Of a stretch of DNA of 23,356 nucleotides, positions 1-8,389 are shown one piece after another. This DNA comes from Candidatus Scalinduaceae bacterium (GTDB taxonomy: Bacteria > Planctomycetota > Brocadiia > Brocadiales > Scalinduaceae). Location: the NCBI GenBank assembly GCA_046759445.1, contig JBHICG010000057.1:1-23356 (forward strand), given 5' to 3'. The translations under genes were made by a program, and so were the position numbers. Numbering within the stretch: the first letter of the stretch is position 1; each line of letters starts with the position of its first letter. Below the pieces are notes generated by a model. The model was not told the origin of the DNA. It did not search any database and saw only the letters and a program-made list of their open reading frames with translations.

Positions 1-51
1 AACCGAGAATCACCAGATGTTGAACTAACGGCAGTCAACCGGATAAGCCTA

Positions 52-194
52 TTATATTATATGCCATTGTAGCCGCTGTGCTTAAGTCCCGTAGATATTA
101 GCAACGGGATAAGCCTGCGTTTCTCATCATTTGATGGATCCAAGTAAGTCACGCAACCTCAAGGTTGCGGCTACAAAATCGCTCAATTTAGGTT
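52..194 (-). mobile_element. MITE-A copy 1 (REP-containing, one end truncated)
   Basis: Reverse complement of 11983-12125 with 1 mismatch in 143 bp. Retains one terminal repeat (AAAATCGCTCAATTTAGGTT, 175-194); the other is missing left of position 52. Confidence 0.85.
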
Positions 195-279
195 ACAATA
201 AAGTTTGTTACTTCTGTTTTCGGTTTTTAAGGTTGTGAGTCAAAAAAATACAAATATAGAAGGATTCCACCTTGATTTA

Positions 280-349
280 AATTAGTATCTGTTGAGGAAT
301 TACCAATGACATTTTTGGAAATTTAAGACTTCCGCAACAGATACTAATT
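280..349. repeat. 20-bp inverted repeat with 30-bp spacer (possible mini-IS remnant)
   Basis: AATTAGTATCTGTTGAGGAA (280-299) vs TTCCGCAACAGATACTAATT (330-349), 19/20 complementary. Confidence 0.8.
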
Positions 350-388
350 AAGGAACTAACCTAAATCCACTAAAAGACATGCCATAGG

Positions 389-404
389 TGGCATTCCATT
401 TGCT
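389..404 (+). promoter_or_regulatory. sigma-54 (RpoN) -24/-12 promoter motif for the minor pilin operon
   Basis: TGGCATTCCATTTGCT has TGGCA and TTGCT with exact GG-N10-GC spacing, ending 12 bp before the fimT ATG. RpoN control of pilin genes is established in other bacteria. Confidence 0.7.
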
Positions 405-416
405 AGTATATAAATC

Positions 417-1028
417 ATGTATAACCAAAAAGGGTTTACGCTAATTGAATTTATCGTCGTTGTTTCAATCATTGTCGTAATTGCAGGAACTATCATTCCT
501 GTCTATTTCAGTATGAAACCAACCATTCGTGTGAATGGAGCGGCCAGGCAGCTTATGGGAGACCTTATGTGGGCAAGGATGAGGGCGGTGTCTGAAAATA
601 ATGACTACGTGATTGCATTTGGAGAAGCAGGTCCTGACCTATCAAACGATACGTATTATATATATGATGACGATAATGGCGACTTTATCACTCTTGGCAC
701 GGCGACGACAGGTAAATTAGTTAAAACCACCATAATCCCTGATAGATATGATGACATTGGGTACGGTTATGTAGCTGGCATTAATAAAACGGATAACCTT
801 ACTCCTTTATTAGGAAATCCTGTAACTTTTGCTTCTGGAGGCGGAACAAAACCTATATGGTTCAGGTTTCGCCCGAATGGCATCTCTAATATCCCTGGAG
901 CAATTTATCTAATATCGAATGAAGATTTGGCAAATAATAAGACGGAAAGAATGCGTGCAATTACTATATCAATAGCTGGCAGAGTTAAAATATGGAATTA
1001 TAATTCCGGAACGTCTGCATGGGAATAA
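417..1028 (+). CDS. fimT: Type IV minor pilin, FimT/FimU (GspH-like)
   Basis: Prepilin cleavage motif KG|FTLIE plus hydrophobic helix; FimT-like AARQLMGDLMWARMRAV and C-terminal FRPNG / ISIAGRVK; first gene of a minor pilin cluster. Confidence 0.85.
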   Translation: MYNQKGFTLIEFIVVVSIIVVIAGTIIPVYFSMKPTIRVNGAARQLMGDLMWARMRAVSENNDYVIAFGEAGPDLSNDTYYIYDDDNGDFITLGTATTGKLVKTTIIPDRYDDIGYGYVAGINKTDNLTPLLGNPVTFASGGGTKPIWFRFRPNGISNIPGAIYLISNEDLANNKTERMRAITISIAGRVKIWNYNSGTSAWE

Positions 1029-1099
1029 ATTAACAATAATACTTTATTTCACAAGGATTCAGTTACAAATACTATTGGCATTCCTAACAATTAAGGCAT

Positions 1100-1555
1100 A
1101 TGAAAAACACGAACAAAAACGCTAATATAGCTATGAAAAAAATAAATAACATTAAGCAACTTAAAAATAATGGCTTTACGATAATAGAAACCATAGTTGC
1201 CATCGCCATTATTGCCATAGCAATGTTTGCTCTAATGAGTTTGGTAGCAATTGTGATTAAGGGCAATTCACATAGCAAAAGAGTCACCACTGCCACAACA
1301 ATAGCTCAAGATAAGATGGAAGACATTATAAAGGTTGGCTACAATAATGTCGTGGCTGATTCTGGAACATATACCGCTAACGTAGACTATTTTGGAACAG
1401 GAACAGCTTATAATATAGATTTTTATTGGCAAACAACTGTGCAGGATAATACTCCTGGCACAAACACAAAGACTATTAAGGCAGAAGTCTTCTGGGATCC
1501 ACCTGGTACCACTTCTGCCCATAATGTTGAACTAGAAACAATACTTGCACAATAA
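1100..1555 (+). CDS. pilV: Type IV minor pilin, PilV/GspI-like (true start may be ATG at 1133)
   Basis: NG|FTIIET motif plus hydrophobic helix; ATTIAQDKME motif; position between fimT and pilW. Confidence 0.8.
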   Translation: MKNTNKNANIAMKKINNIKQLKNNGFTIIETIVAIAIIAIAMFALMSLVAIVIKGNSHSKRVTTATTIAQDKMEDIIKVGYNNVVADSGTYTANVDYFGTGTAYNIDFYWQTTVQDNTPGTNTKTIKAEVFWDPPGTTSAHNVELETILAQ

Positions 1556-2139
1556 TGGACAAGACAATGGATTCTTTACACAAAAACAATGAACGCGGCT
1601 TTACGATTATGGAATTAATAGTCAGTGTTGCAATCGGAATGGTCATCTTGGTCGTTTCACTCAGTATGTTTTACGTTCAACGTAAGACATTTATTGCTCA
1701 GGAACAGCTTTCCGAGGTGCAACAGAATGTGCGTGCGGCAATGGACATAATAAAAAGAGAAGTCAAAATGGCCGGTTATGATCCAACTGGAGCAGGCTTT
1801 GATGGCATAGGTACCAGTACTACCCAGCTTCAAACATTGGCAGACCTCGATGGAGACGGACTAACTACCGCTTCAAATGAAGACATAATATATTCTCATG
1901 ATATCCCTAATCTTCGAATCGATAGGAATACACAACCGTTTACGGAGAATATCCAGGCCTTTAATTTTGATTATCTAGACGCAACCGGAACCACAACAAC
2001 CACTCCCGCCGATATTCGACAAGTAAGGATTACAATAACGGGAAGAACCGCAAAAGTAGACCCTGGCTATCCTGATAATGGAGGTTACAGGACATACACC
2101 CTGAACTCTCTTGTAACCCCCAAGAATCTTGATTATTAA
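1555..2139 (+). CDS. pilW: Type IV minor pilin, PilW/GspJ-like
   Basis: RG|FTIMEL motif; QQNVRAAMDIIKREVKMAGY typical of PilW; start overlaps the pilV stop (TAATG). Confidence 0.85.
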   Translation: MDKTMDSLHKNNERGFTIMELIVSVAIGMVILVVSLSMFYVQRKTFIAQEQLSEVQQNVRAAMDIIKREVKMAGYDPTGAGFDGIGTSTTQLQTLADLDGDGLTTASNEDIIYSHDIPNLRIDRNTQPFTENIQAFNFDYLDATGTTTTTPADIRQVRITITGRTAKVDPGYPDNGGYRTYTLNSLVTPKNLDY

Positions 2140-2202
2140 GAGGCTCTTCTTCATGAAAAACTATTTTTGCCACAGAACAAATCTAAATTAGGAGGTGTTA
2201 AA

Positions 2203-3903
2203 ATGAGATCAAATATATCAAGTATAGGATCAACCGTTAGAAATGAAAAGGGGATAGTCCTTGTTTCAACTATTGCATTGGTAGCTATTTTAGCGCTTAT
2301 GGGAACAATATCAGTCAACACAACTAATACGGAAATGAAAATCAGCAAAAATTATAAGACCAGTGTACAGGCATTTTATGCAGCCACAGGAGGGGCTGAA
2401 TATGGCCTGTCTAATCTTCGTCAGAGACTTAAGAGTGTATTGTATCCAACTATTGGATATATTAACGGCATTCCTGATCCCACAATGACGGGTTACAATT
2501 TCGATGAATTTTCCTTTGTAAAAGTTGGAGGTACCAATACATCAACAATTGCAAGCGGCAACTTTTCCGGACTTACATCCGTTAATCAAAACTATAATAT
2601 TATCAGCAAAGCAAGCATAGCCGGAATCAATGCAGCCACAGCAAAGGTAGCCCTGTCTGTTGAAGACAATCTAATCCCCCTATTCCAATTCGCCGTCTTT
2701 TACAATGATGACCTGGAAATACATCCCGGTCCTGATATGATATTTTCCGGTGGTAGAATTCACTCTAATAAGGACATATACCTTGGCGCCAATAATACCC
2801 TTTCCATAAATTCAAAAACCACCACTGCAGGTAACGTTATTTACCAACGTAAAACTACTGGAGCTGAGCAAAACGTGAACGGTATAGTTCAGTTTAAAGA
2901 CGCAGGGGGAAATTATCAAGCGGTAAAAATAAGCGGTATCGTCCTCGATAGCAATAACCCCAACTGGGCAGTAGAATCCATAAATAGATGGAATGGAAAT
3001 CTAAAAAGTACTGAACACGGTATATTTGAATTAAATTTAGTACCTTTACCTGAAACCAGTTCGCCTATAGAGATAATTAAGCCTGGTGAGACTTTAGATC
3101 CAGCGACATCCACAGAACCAGAAGCACTCAAACAGGCCAGGTATTATTGGAAGGCAGGTCTTAGAATTATTGATGGCGTAGCTTATGGCATAAATGGCAA
3201 TGTACTTGATCTGACAAATGGAGGAACCGAGACAAATCCAATAACTACTGAAACTTTTTATGAAGCCAGAGAAGGATATAACATTACGGTGGCAACCGTC
3301 AATGTGGGAATCCTCAATACAAACACCGTTGCTACGAATGCAATATATAGCGCTCCTGAGCCTGGCGTACTTTATGTCTCCCAAACTGGCTCTAATAAAG
3401 GTGTGCGTTTAAAAAACGGCGCTACACTCCCCGCTGGGGGATTAACGGTGGCATCCGTAAACCCCGTTTATATACAGGGCAATTATAATCTGGCCAATGT
3501 ACCGGCAGCAGTAGCAGCCGATGCTGTTACTATTCTTTCTAATAGCTGGTCAGACCCTAATAGCAGTCTTAATTTAAACACTAACAGGGTTGCAAGTAAT
3601 ACTACGGTAAAGGCCGCAATCATGACAGGCCATATCGCATCAGCGGGCAGTCAATACAGCGGTGGACTGGAGAACTTTCCGAGATTCCTGGAAAAATGGT
3701 CAAGTAAGACATTTACTTACAGTGGTTCATTAGTATCCCTCTGGCAGAGTGAGCAGGCTACCGGGAATTGGCAATACGGAGCCCCCGTTTATAAGGCGCC
3801 AATACGTGATTGGTCATACGGTATTGATATTGGTAACATGCCACCAGGGACCCCATTTGTCAGATTGGTACAGAAAGTAGGTTGGTATCAAGACATCAAC
3901 TAG
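2203..3903 (+). CDS. pilX: PilX-like minor pilin 1 with large C-terminal domain (566 aa)
   Basis: EKG|IVLVST (no Glu5, as in PilX/GspK) and QAFYAA motif. Start moved from 2167 to ATG 2203 because AGGAGG lies at 2190-2195 and it aligns with the pilX2 start. C-terminus contains YSGGLENFPRFLEKW...PPGTP. Confidence 0.85.
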   Translation: MRSNISSIGSTVRNEKGIVLVSTIALVAILALMGTISVNTTNTEMKISKNYKTSVQAFYAATGGAEYGLSNLRQRLKSVLYPTIGYINGIPDPTMTGYNFDEFSFVKVGGTNTSTIASGNFSGLTSVNQNYNIISKASIAGINAATAKVALSVEDNLIPLFQFAVFYNDDLEIHPGPDMIFSGGRIHSNKDIYLGANNTLSINSKTTTAGNVIYQRKTTGAEQNVNGIVQFKDAGGNYQAVKISGIVLDSNNPNWAVESINRWNGNLKSTEHGIFELNLVPLPETSSPIEIIKPGETLDPATSTEPEALKQARYYWKAGLRIIDGVAYGINGNVLDLTNGGTETNPITTETFYEAREGYNITVATVNVGILNTNTVATNAIYSAPEPGVLYVSQTGSNKGVRLKNGATLPAGGLTVASVNPVYIQGNYNLANVPAAVAADAVTILSNSWSDPNSSLNLNTNRVASNTTVKAAIMTGHIASAGSQYSGGLENFPRFLEKWSSKTFTYSGSLVSLWQSEQATGNWQYGAPVYKAPIRDWSYGIDIGNMPPGTPFVRLVQKVGWYQDIN

Positions 3904-4360
3904 TAATTATCGACATACGAAATTGCGAAGAAAACACGAACATATCCAGGACATTAGTTATTCATAGGAATAGGTAAGTGCTATAGCGTTTTATAATTGC
4001 CTACTATTCTAGAAACTTATTATATTTTTTTTGTGTACTTATGTAGTATATGAAATATACAACTGATTGGTTTTTCAGGATTAAATAATTCTGGCAAGTT
4101 ACAAGGTTTCATTTTGTATTAATAAGATACAAAAGCGTACTATTTGTTACATTACTTATAATCTTTTCCGCATCTCCATAACTTTCAATTCAAAGTTTTC
4201 TCACATTTAAGTCTTCTACAACTTTTTCCCATAACCAGTTAATTTTATCTAAACCTGAGATCATTAATTCTTGTTGTTTTGTACAGAAATTTTGCGGAAA
4301 ACATCATAATGGAAATTCAATTACAACTTAGTAAGAATATCTATAAATAAGTGATTTATA

Positions 4361-4376
4361 AGGCACTTCTTTTGCG
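4361..4376 (+). promoter_or_regulatory. possible sigma-54 -24/-12 motif before the flippase
   Basis: AGGCACTTCTTTTGCG has GG-N10-GC with GGCAC and TTGC, ending 14 bp before ATG 4391; imperfect at the first and last bases. Confidence 0.45.
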
Positions 4377-4390
4377 GTATTTAAGTTTAT

Positions 4391-5746
4391 ATGGCAACTA
4401 CAACACCTTCTTCATATGGATATTTTCCCTCTGAAATATTCAAAGTAATTAATAGGCTTTCAGGCTCTTCTCTGATTGTTAAATGCTTTATCGCATTCAT
4501 TGATCATGCCTTACTTTCTGTCGTTAATCTTCTCGTTCCAATAATCCTTATTAAGAACGTTTCCAAGATGGAGTATGGATACTATTCAATTGCGTTGTCT
4601 ATTTCTTTTTTTCTAATATCAATACAAAATGCTGTTGTAACTACACCACTCACTGTTTTGCTTGTAAACAAGAAGGGAGAAGATAGGCATAATTATGTCA
4701 CATCATTATGTTGGGGGCAATTTATATTTCTACTTCCTGCAATCGTAATTGGTTTGGGTGTAATTGGTCTAATATACTTTTCAGGATTAGACATCGTTAA
4801 GGCTTCAATAGCTGGTGCTTTGTGTCTGGCAAGTACAGGGATCTTACTTCGAGAATTCTTACGTGCTTACCATTATGCTGAAGAAGCGCCACACGATGTT
4901 CTAAAACTTGATTTATATTACATAACCATATATCTCGGTTTGATTGCAATTACTTTACTTTTTTTTAAATTATCCGTAGCTGCAATTTTTATTTTTATTG
5001 GACTGAGTGCAGGCCTCGTTTACATAATTAATAAACGCAGATTACCACTAATATTTAATTGGAATTTAATAAAGGAAAGTTACTCAGAAAACTGGAAATT
5101 TGGAAGATGGTCCCTATTGGGTGTGATCACAATCCATATTCAAAAATATAGCTATTTGTATTTACTAGGGGCTTTGATGGGTAGTATTGCTGTCGCAGAT
5201 GTGTCCGCATCCAGGCTTTTATTAATACCACTTCTGCTTGTTCAAACTAGTTGGGGGAAAGTAACCAGACCTCATGGCGCCAAGTTAAGAGAAAATGGCC
5301 GGTTAAAACGCTATTTCTTAGAGCTTGTGGTAGCAAGCTCAACCGGTGGACTTGCTATTATATTGTATGTATATGCAATTTTATCCTTCTCCGGCTATTT
5401 AGAAAATCTTTTATATACCGATAATTATGAAAAAGCGTTTGATTATGTTATTTTTTGGGGGGTTATTTTCGCCATAACATTTATAAGGATGAATGCTGGC
5501 TTTGGGCTGCAGGTCATAAAAAAATTCAATTCTCTAGCCAAACTTACTGTAGTTACAATGATTATTACACTATGTTCGGCCTTCTTTTTTATAATATCTT
5601 ACGGTATTGAAGGTGCACTGGCTGCAATTCTTTTGGGTGAATTTATATTGGCCTTCTCACTTTGGTGGGTTCTGGGTGCGCACATTTTTAATAATACTCT
5701 TTATAAACATATAATAAAGGTATTACAGATGAATTGGTTGAAATAA
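4391..5746 (+). CDS. Wzx/MATE-like oligosaccharide flippase
   Basis: 451 aa with many hydrophobic segments; EYGYYS near the N-terminus and YGIEGALAA near the C-terminus as in polysaccharide exporters; adjacent to a glycosyltransferase. Confidence 0.75.
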   Translation: MATTTPSSYGYFPSEIFKVINRLSGSSLIVKCFIAFIDHALLSVVNLLVPIILIKNVSKMEYGYYSIALSISFFLISIQNAVVTTPLTVLLVNKKGEDRHNYVTSLCWGQFIFLLPAIVIGLGVIGLIYFSGLDIVKASIAGALCLASTGILLREFLRAYHYAEEAPHDVLKLDLYYITIYLGLIAITLLFFKLSVAAIFIFIGLSAGLVYIINKRRLPLIFNWNLIKESYSENWKFGRWSLLGVITIHIQKYSYLYLLGALMGSIAVADVSASRLLLIPLLLVQTSWGKVTRPHGAKLRENGRLKRYFLELVVASSTGGLAIILYVYAILSFSGYLENLLYTDNYEKAFDYVIFWGVIFAITFIRMNAGFGLQVIKKFNSLAKLTVVTMIITLCSAFFFIISYGIEGALAAILLGEFILAFSLWWVLGAHIFNNTLYKHIIKVLQMNWLK

Positions 5747-5798
5747 TTACACGATGATAAACAAGATTTAAAGTTTTAATTAATAGGACTTTTCTATT

Positions 5799-6701
5799 AT
5801 GATTTGCTCTATTTGCATAGCCACTTATAAGAGACCTAAACTTTTAAAAGATTTACTAAATAGCCTTGTTGCTCAAGTTATTTCTGAAGATGTGGGGTTA
5901 GAAATAATTATTGTTGATAATGATCCTGCAGGGAGTGGAGAGTCCGTCTATAAAAAATTTTCAAATACGAAACAATTCGAATTTCTCTATTTTATCCAGC
6001 CAATTAAAAATATTAGCCTTACACGTAATATGGCGGTAAAGAAAGCAACTGGAGAGTATATACTTTTTATTGATGATGATGAAGTTGCCAGTCCAGAATG
6101 GGTCACCACACTTCTCAAGACGATAAAAGATTTTGATGCAGATGGCGTCTTTGGTAGAGTGATCTCTAACGTCAATAACAAAGCCTCTGAGTGGATTAAA
6201 AGGAATTATTTGTTTAACCGTCCCTCTTCCGCAACCGGTACTGAAGCCATAAGCACAAGAACAGGTAACTGCATAGTAAAGGCCTCTCTCTTAAAGGGAG
6301 TGCCAGGCCCTTTTGATCCTACGTATGGCCTCACGGGAGGATCAGATAGTCATTTGTTTTATAGTCTTAGACAAAAAGGGGCTAAGTTTGTGAATTGTTA
6401 CGAGGCATGGGTATCTGAATTTGTACCGCCAGAAAGAACAAGGATATCCTGGTTATTAAGACGAGCATTTAGGAAAGGGAATACTTATACCAGGAAAATT
6501 ATTGACTCGGCAGGGAAAAGAAGAAGGATAATAAAAGTTACTGCATCAATAAGAGCCATATGCCTTGTGTCTATTAATTTATTCTTGATTTTTATTGCAT
6601 CTCCCAGCAAAATCTGGCAAACTCATTGGACACTGAAAACGGCCGAACAATTGGGAAGATTCTTTGCTGTATTTGGATGTTTTTATCAAGAATACAAGTA
6701 A
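5799..6701 (+). CDS. Glycosyltransferase family 2 (ExoM-like)
   Basis: SICIATYKRP, IIIVDND, FIDDDE (DxD) and TGGSD motifs. Confidence 0.9.
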   Translation: MICSICIATYKRPKLLKDLLNSLVAQVISEDVGLEIIIVDNDPAGSGESVYKKFSNTKQFEFLYFIQPIKNISLTRNMAVKKATGEYILFIDDDEVASPEWVTTLLKTIKDFDADGVFGRVISNVNNKASEWIKRNYLFNRPSSATGTEAISTRTGNCIVKASLLKGVPGPFDPTYGLTGGSDSHLFYSLRQKGAKFVNCYEAWVSEFVPPERTRISWLLRRAFRKGNTYTRKIIDSAGKRRRIIKVTASIRAICLVSINLFLIFIASPSKIWQTHWTLKTAEQLGRFFAVFGCFYQEYK

Positions 6702-6757
6702 TACAGTAGAAATCCTAAAATACCCCACAAAACAAATCTAAATTAGGAAGTATTAAA

Positions 6758-8083
6758 ATGAAATCAAAAATGTCAAACATAATGTCAACGGGCGGAAATG
6801 AAAAGGGTATAGTCCTTGTTGCCACTCTCTTGTTGGTAGCTATTTTGGCCATAATGGGAACAGTTGCTGCTATTACAACAAATACAGATATACAGATAAG
6901 CGGCAATTACAAGACCGGCGTACAGGCATTTTATATTGCAGAGGCTGGACTTCAAAGGGCTATTGGAAACCTGAATGCAGTTACCAATTGGATAGGAACC
7001 CTTACCAACCCAACAACGATAAATGTTTTTTCTGGAGATAATTCCATAGGAAATGGGACTTATGATGTAAAAGTTTTTGAGAATGATCCAAATCCGGGTA
7101 GCGTAAGGATAATTTCAACCGGGTATATTAATGGCACTATTGAAAGCAGTTCGTCAACAACTGTTGAAGGAATAGCAAATCCTGATTATTATGATATTTT
7201 TGATTATACAACCTTTAACTGTGGTAATCTTACACTAAAAGAAAGTGAAAATAACCTTATAAGTGATGGAGATGTTTTTGTTAATGGGAACGTTGACCTT
7301 GAGCCAACCGGTAATCAGCAAATTCAAAATGGTAATGTTTATGCTACGGGCAATATTAATATAAATGGTATTAGTAGTATTATGGGAGGAAATGCCTTTG
7401 CTAATGGAAACATAGATGTGTTATCCTCTGCCAATCCAAATGTTGGAGGTAATGCCACAGCTGGCGGTAACATTTCTGGTTCTGGTATTATAACAGGGAC
7501 TGCAACTGCAAACGTTTCACCATTTTTTCCAGTCGAAGATCAATGCGTTGGAACCAAACTTGCTGAAATCACTCTAACTTCAGAGGATATCCAAGAACTT
7601 CGAGACAATGCAACTACTACAATTAATGATAATTATGAACCTGTCTCTAGTATCGCATTTACCGATATTGTGCATATTACAGGAAACTTTATATTAGCAG
7701 GGGATGCAACCTTTTCTGGAAATGTGGTTTTCATCGTTGATGGTAATGCAGAGATTTCTGGAAGCCTGACGAGCAGCCCTCTTGGATCTAGTGTTACGTT
7801 TATTGTTCCAACCGGCAATTTTGAGGTTAAGGGAGGCGGTAATTTTACAATTGATGGTACAATCCTTACAATTAGTGTTAATGCCGATGGAAGTAATCCT
7901 TCTGGTGGAAATATTGATGTAAAGGATGGGTCAAATTTAACGGTTAATGGCAGCGTTATTGCTAAAGGAAACACAGATACTAAAGCAGCGGGAGGATCTT
8001 TCACTGTGAATTACAAATCTCCAAATGATTCTAACCTTGTATCTAGCTATTTCCTAACGCAGTGGCGTGAAGTGAGAAATTAA
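6758..8083 (+). CDS. pilX: PilX-like minor pilin 2 with beta-solenoid-like C-terminal domain
   Basis: EKG|IVLVAT and QAFYIAEAGLQRA; repeats GDVFVNGNV / GNVYATGNI / GNAFANGNI / GNATAGGNI; ends QWREVRN. Confidence 0.85.
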   Translation: MKSKMSNIMSTGGNEKGIVLVATLLLVAILAIMGTVAAITTNTDIQISGNYKTGVQAFYIAEAGLQRAIGNLNAVTNWIGTLTNPTTINVFSGDNSIGNGTYDVKVFENDPNPGSVRIISTGYINGTIESSSSTTVEGIANPDYYDIFDYTTFNCGNLTLKESENNLISDGDVFVNGNVDLEPTGNQQIQNGNVYATGNININGISSIMGGNAFANGNIDVLSSANPNVGGNATAGGNISGSGIITGTATANVSPFFPVEDQCVGTKLAEITLTSEDIQELRDNATTTINDNYEPVSSIAFTDIVHITGNFILAGDATFSGNVVFIVDGNAEISGSLTSSPLGSSVTFIVPTGNFEVKGGGNFTIDGTILTISVNADGSNPSGGNIDVKDGSNLTVNGSVIAKGNTDTKAAGGSFTVNYKSPNDSNLVSSYFLTQWREVRN

Positions 8084-8293
8084 TATTTCTTGAGTTGATG
8101 CTGTAAGAAGTTGGGTATGTCTTTGATCACCTATTTTTATACTTAATCGTATGCATACTCTATAGTATCACCCAAAATTACTTATAATCTAAGATATTTA
8201 TATGTAAGCATTTAAATATAAATAGTGTCTGTACGGAAATAGAAAAGTGGAGATATAGTAAGAGTTTAAGAAGAAGAAAATATATAAAAATCC

Positions 8294-8321
8294 TTGCAAA
8301 ATGGGAGTTAAATGATATAAT
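8294..8321 (+). promoter_or_regulatory. sigma-70-like transposase promoter
   Basis: TTGCAA-16 bp-TATAAT upstream of the RBS AAGGAGG and ATG 8390. Confidence 0.5.
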
Positions 8322-8389
8322 CCAGTTCTCATAAGATATTATATATCAAAGGATTACATCACGAACACCCAAAATGCAAGGAGGAAAAA

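Noticed and set aside
1..50. 3' part of a c-di-GMP riboswitch or an IscB/omegaRNA end
   Set aside because: Only a few bases resemble these (GTCAACCGG); the conserved cores are absent and the sequence is truncated.
1076..1091. Second sigma-54 promoter before pilV (TGGCATTCC)
   Set aside because: No GC at the -12 position.
2167..2202. ORF-track TTG start of pilX1
   Set aside because: This interval contains the RBS and matches non-coding DNA upstream of pilX2.
3904..4390. Hidden gene or RNA in the 487-bp AT-rich gap; 12-bp AAAACACGAACA shared with the pilV upstream region
   Set aside because: No ORF of 60 aa or more, no convincing structure, and the match does not extend.
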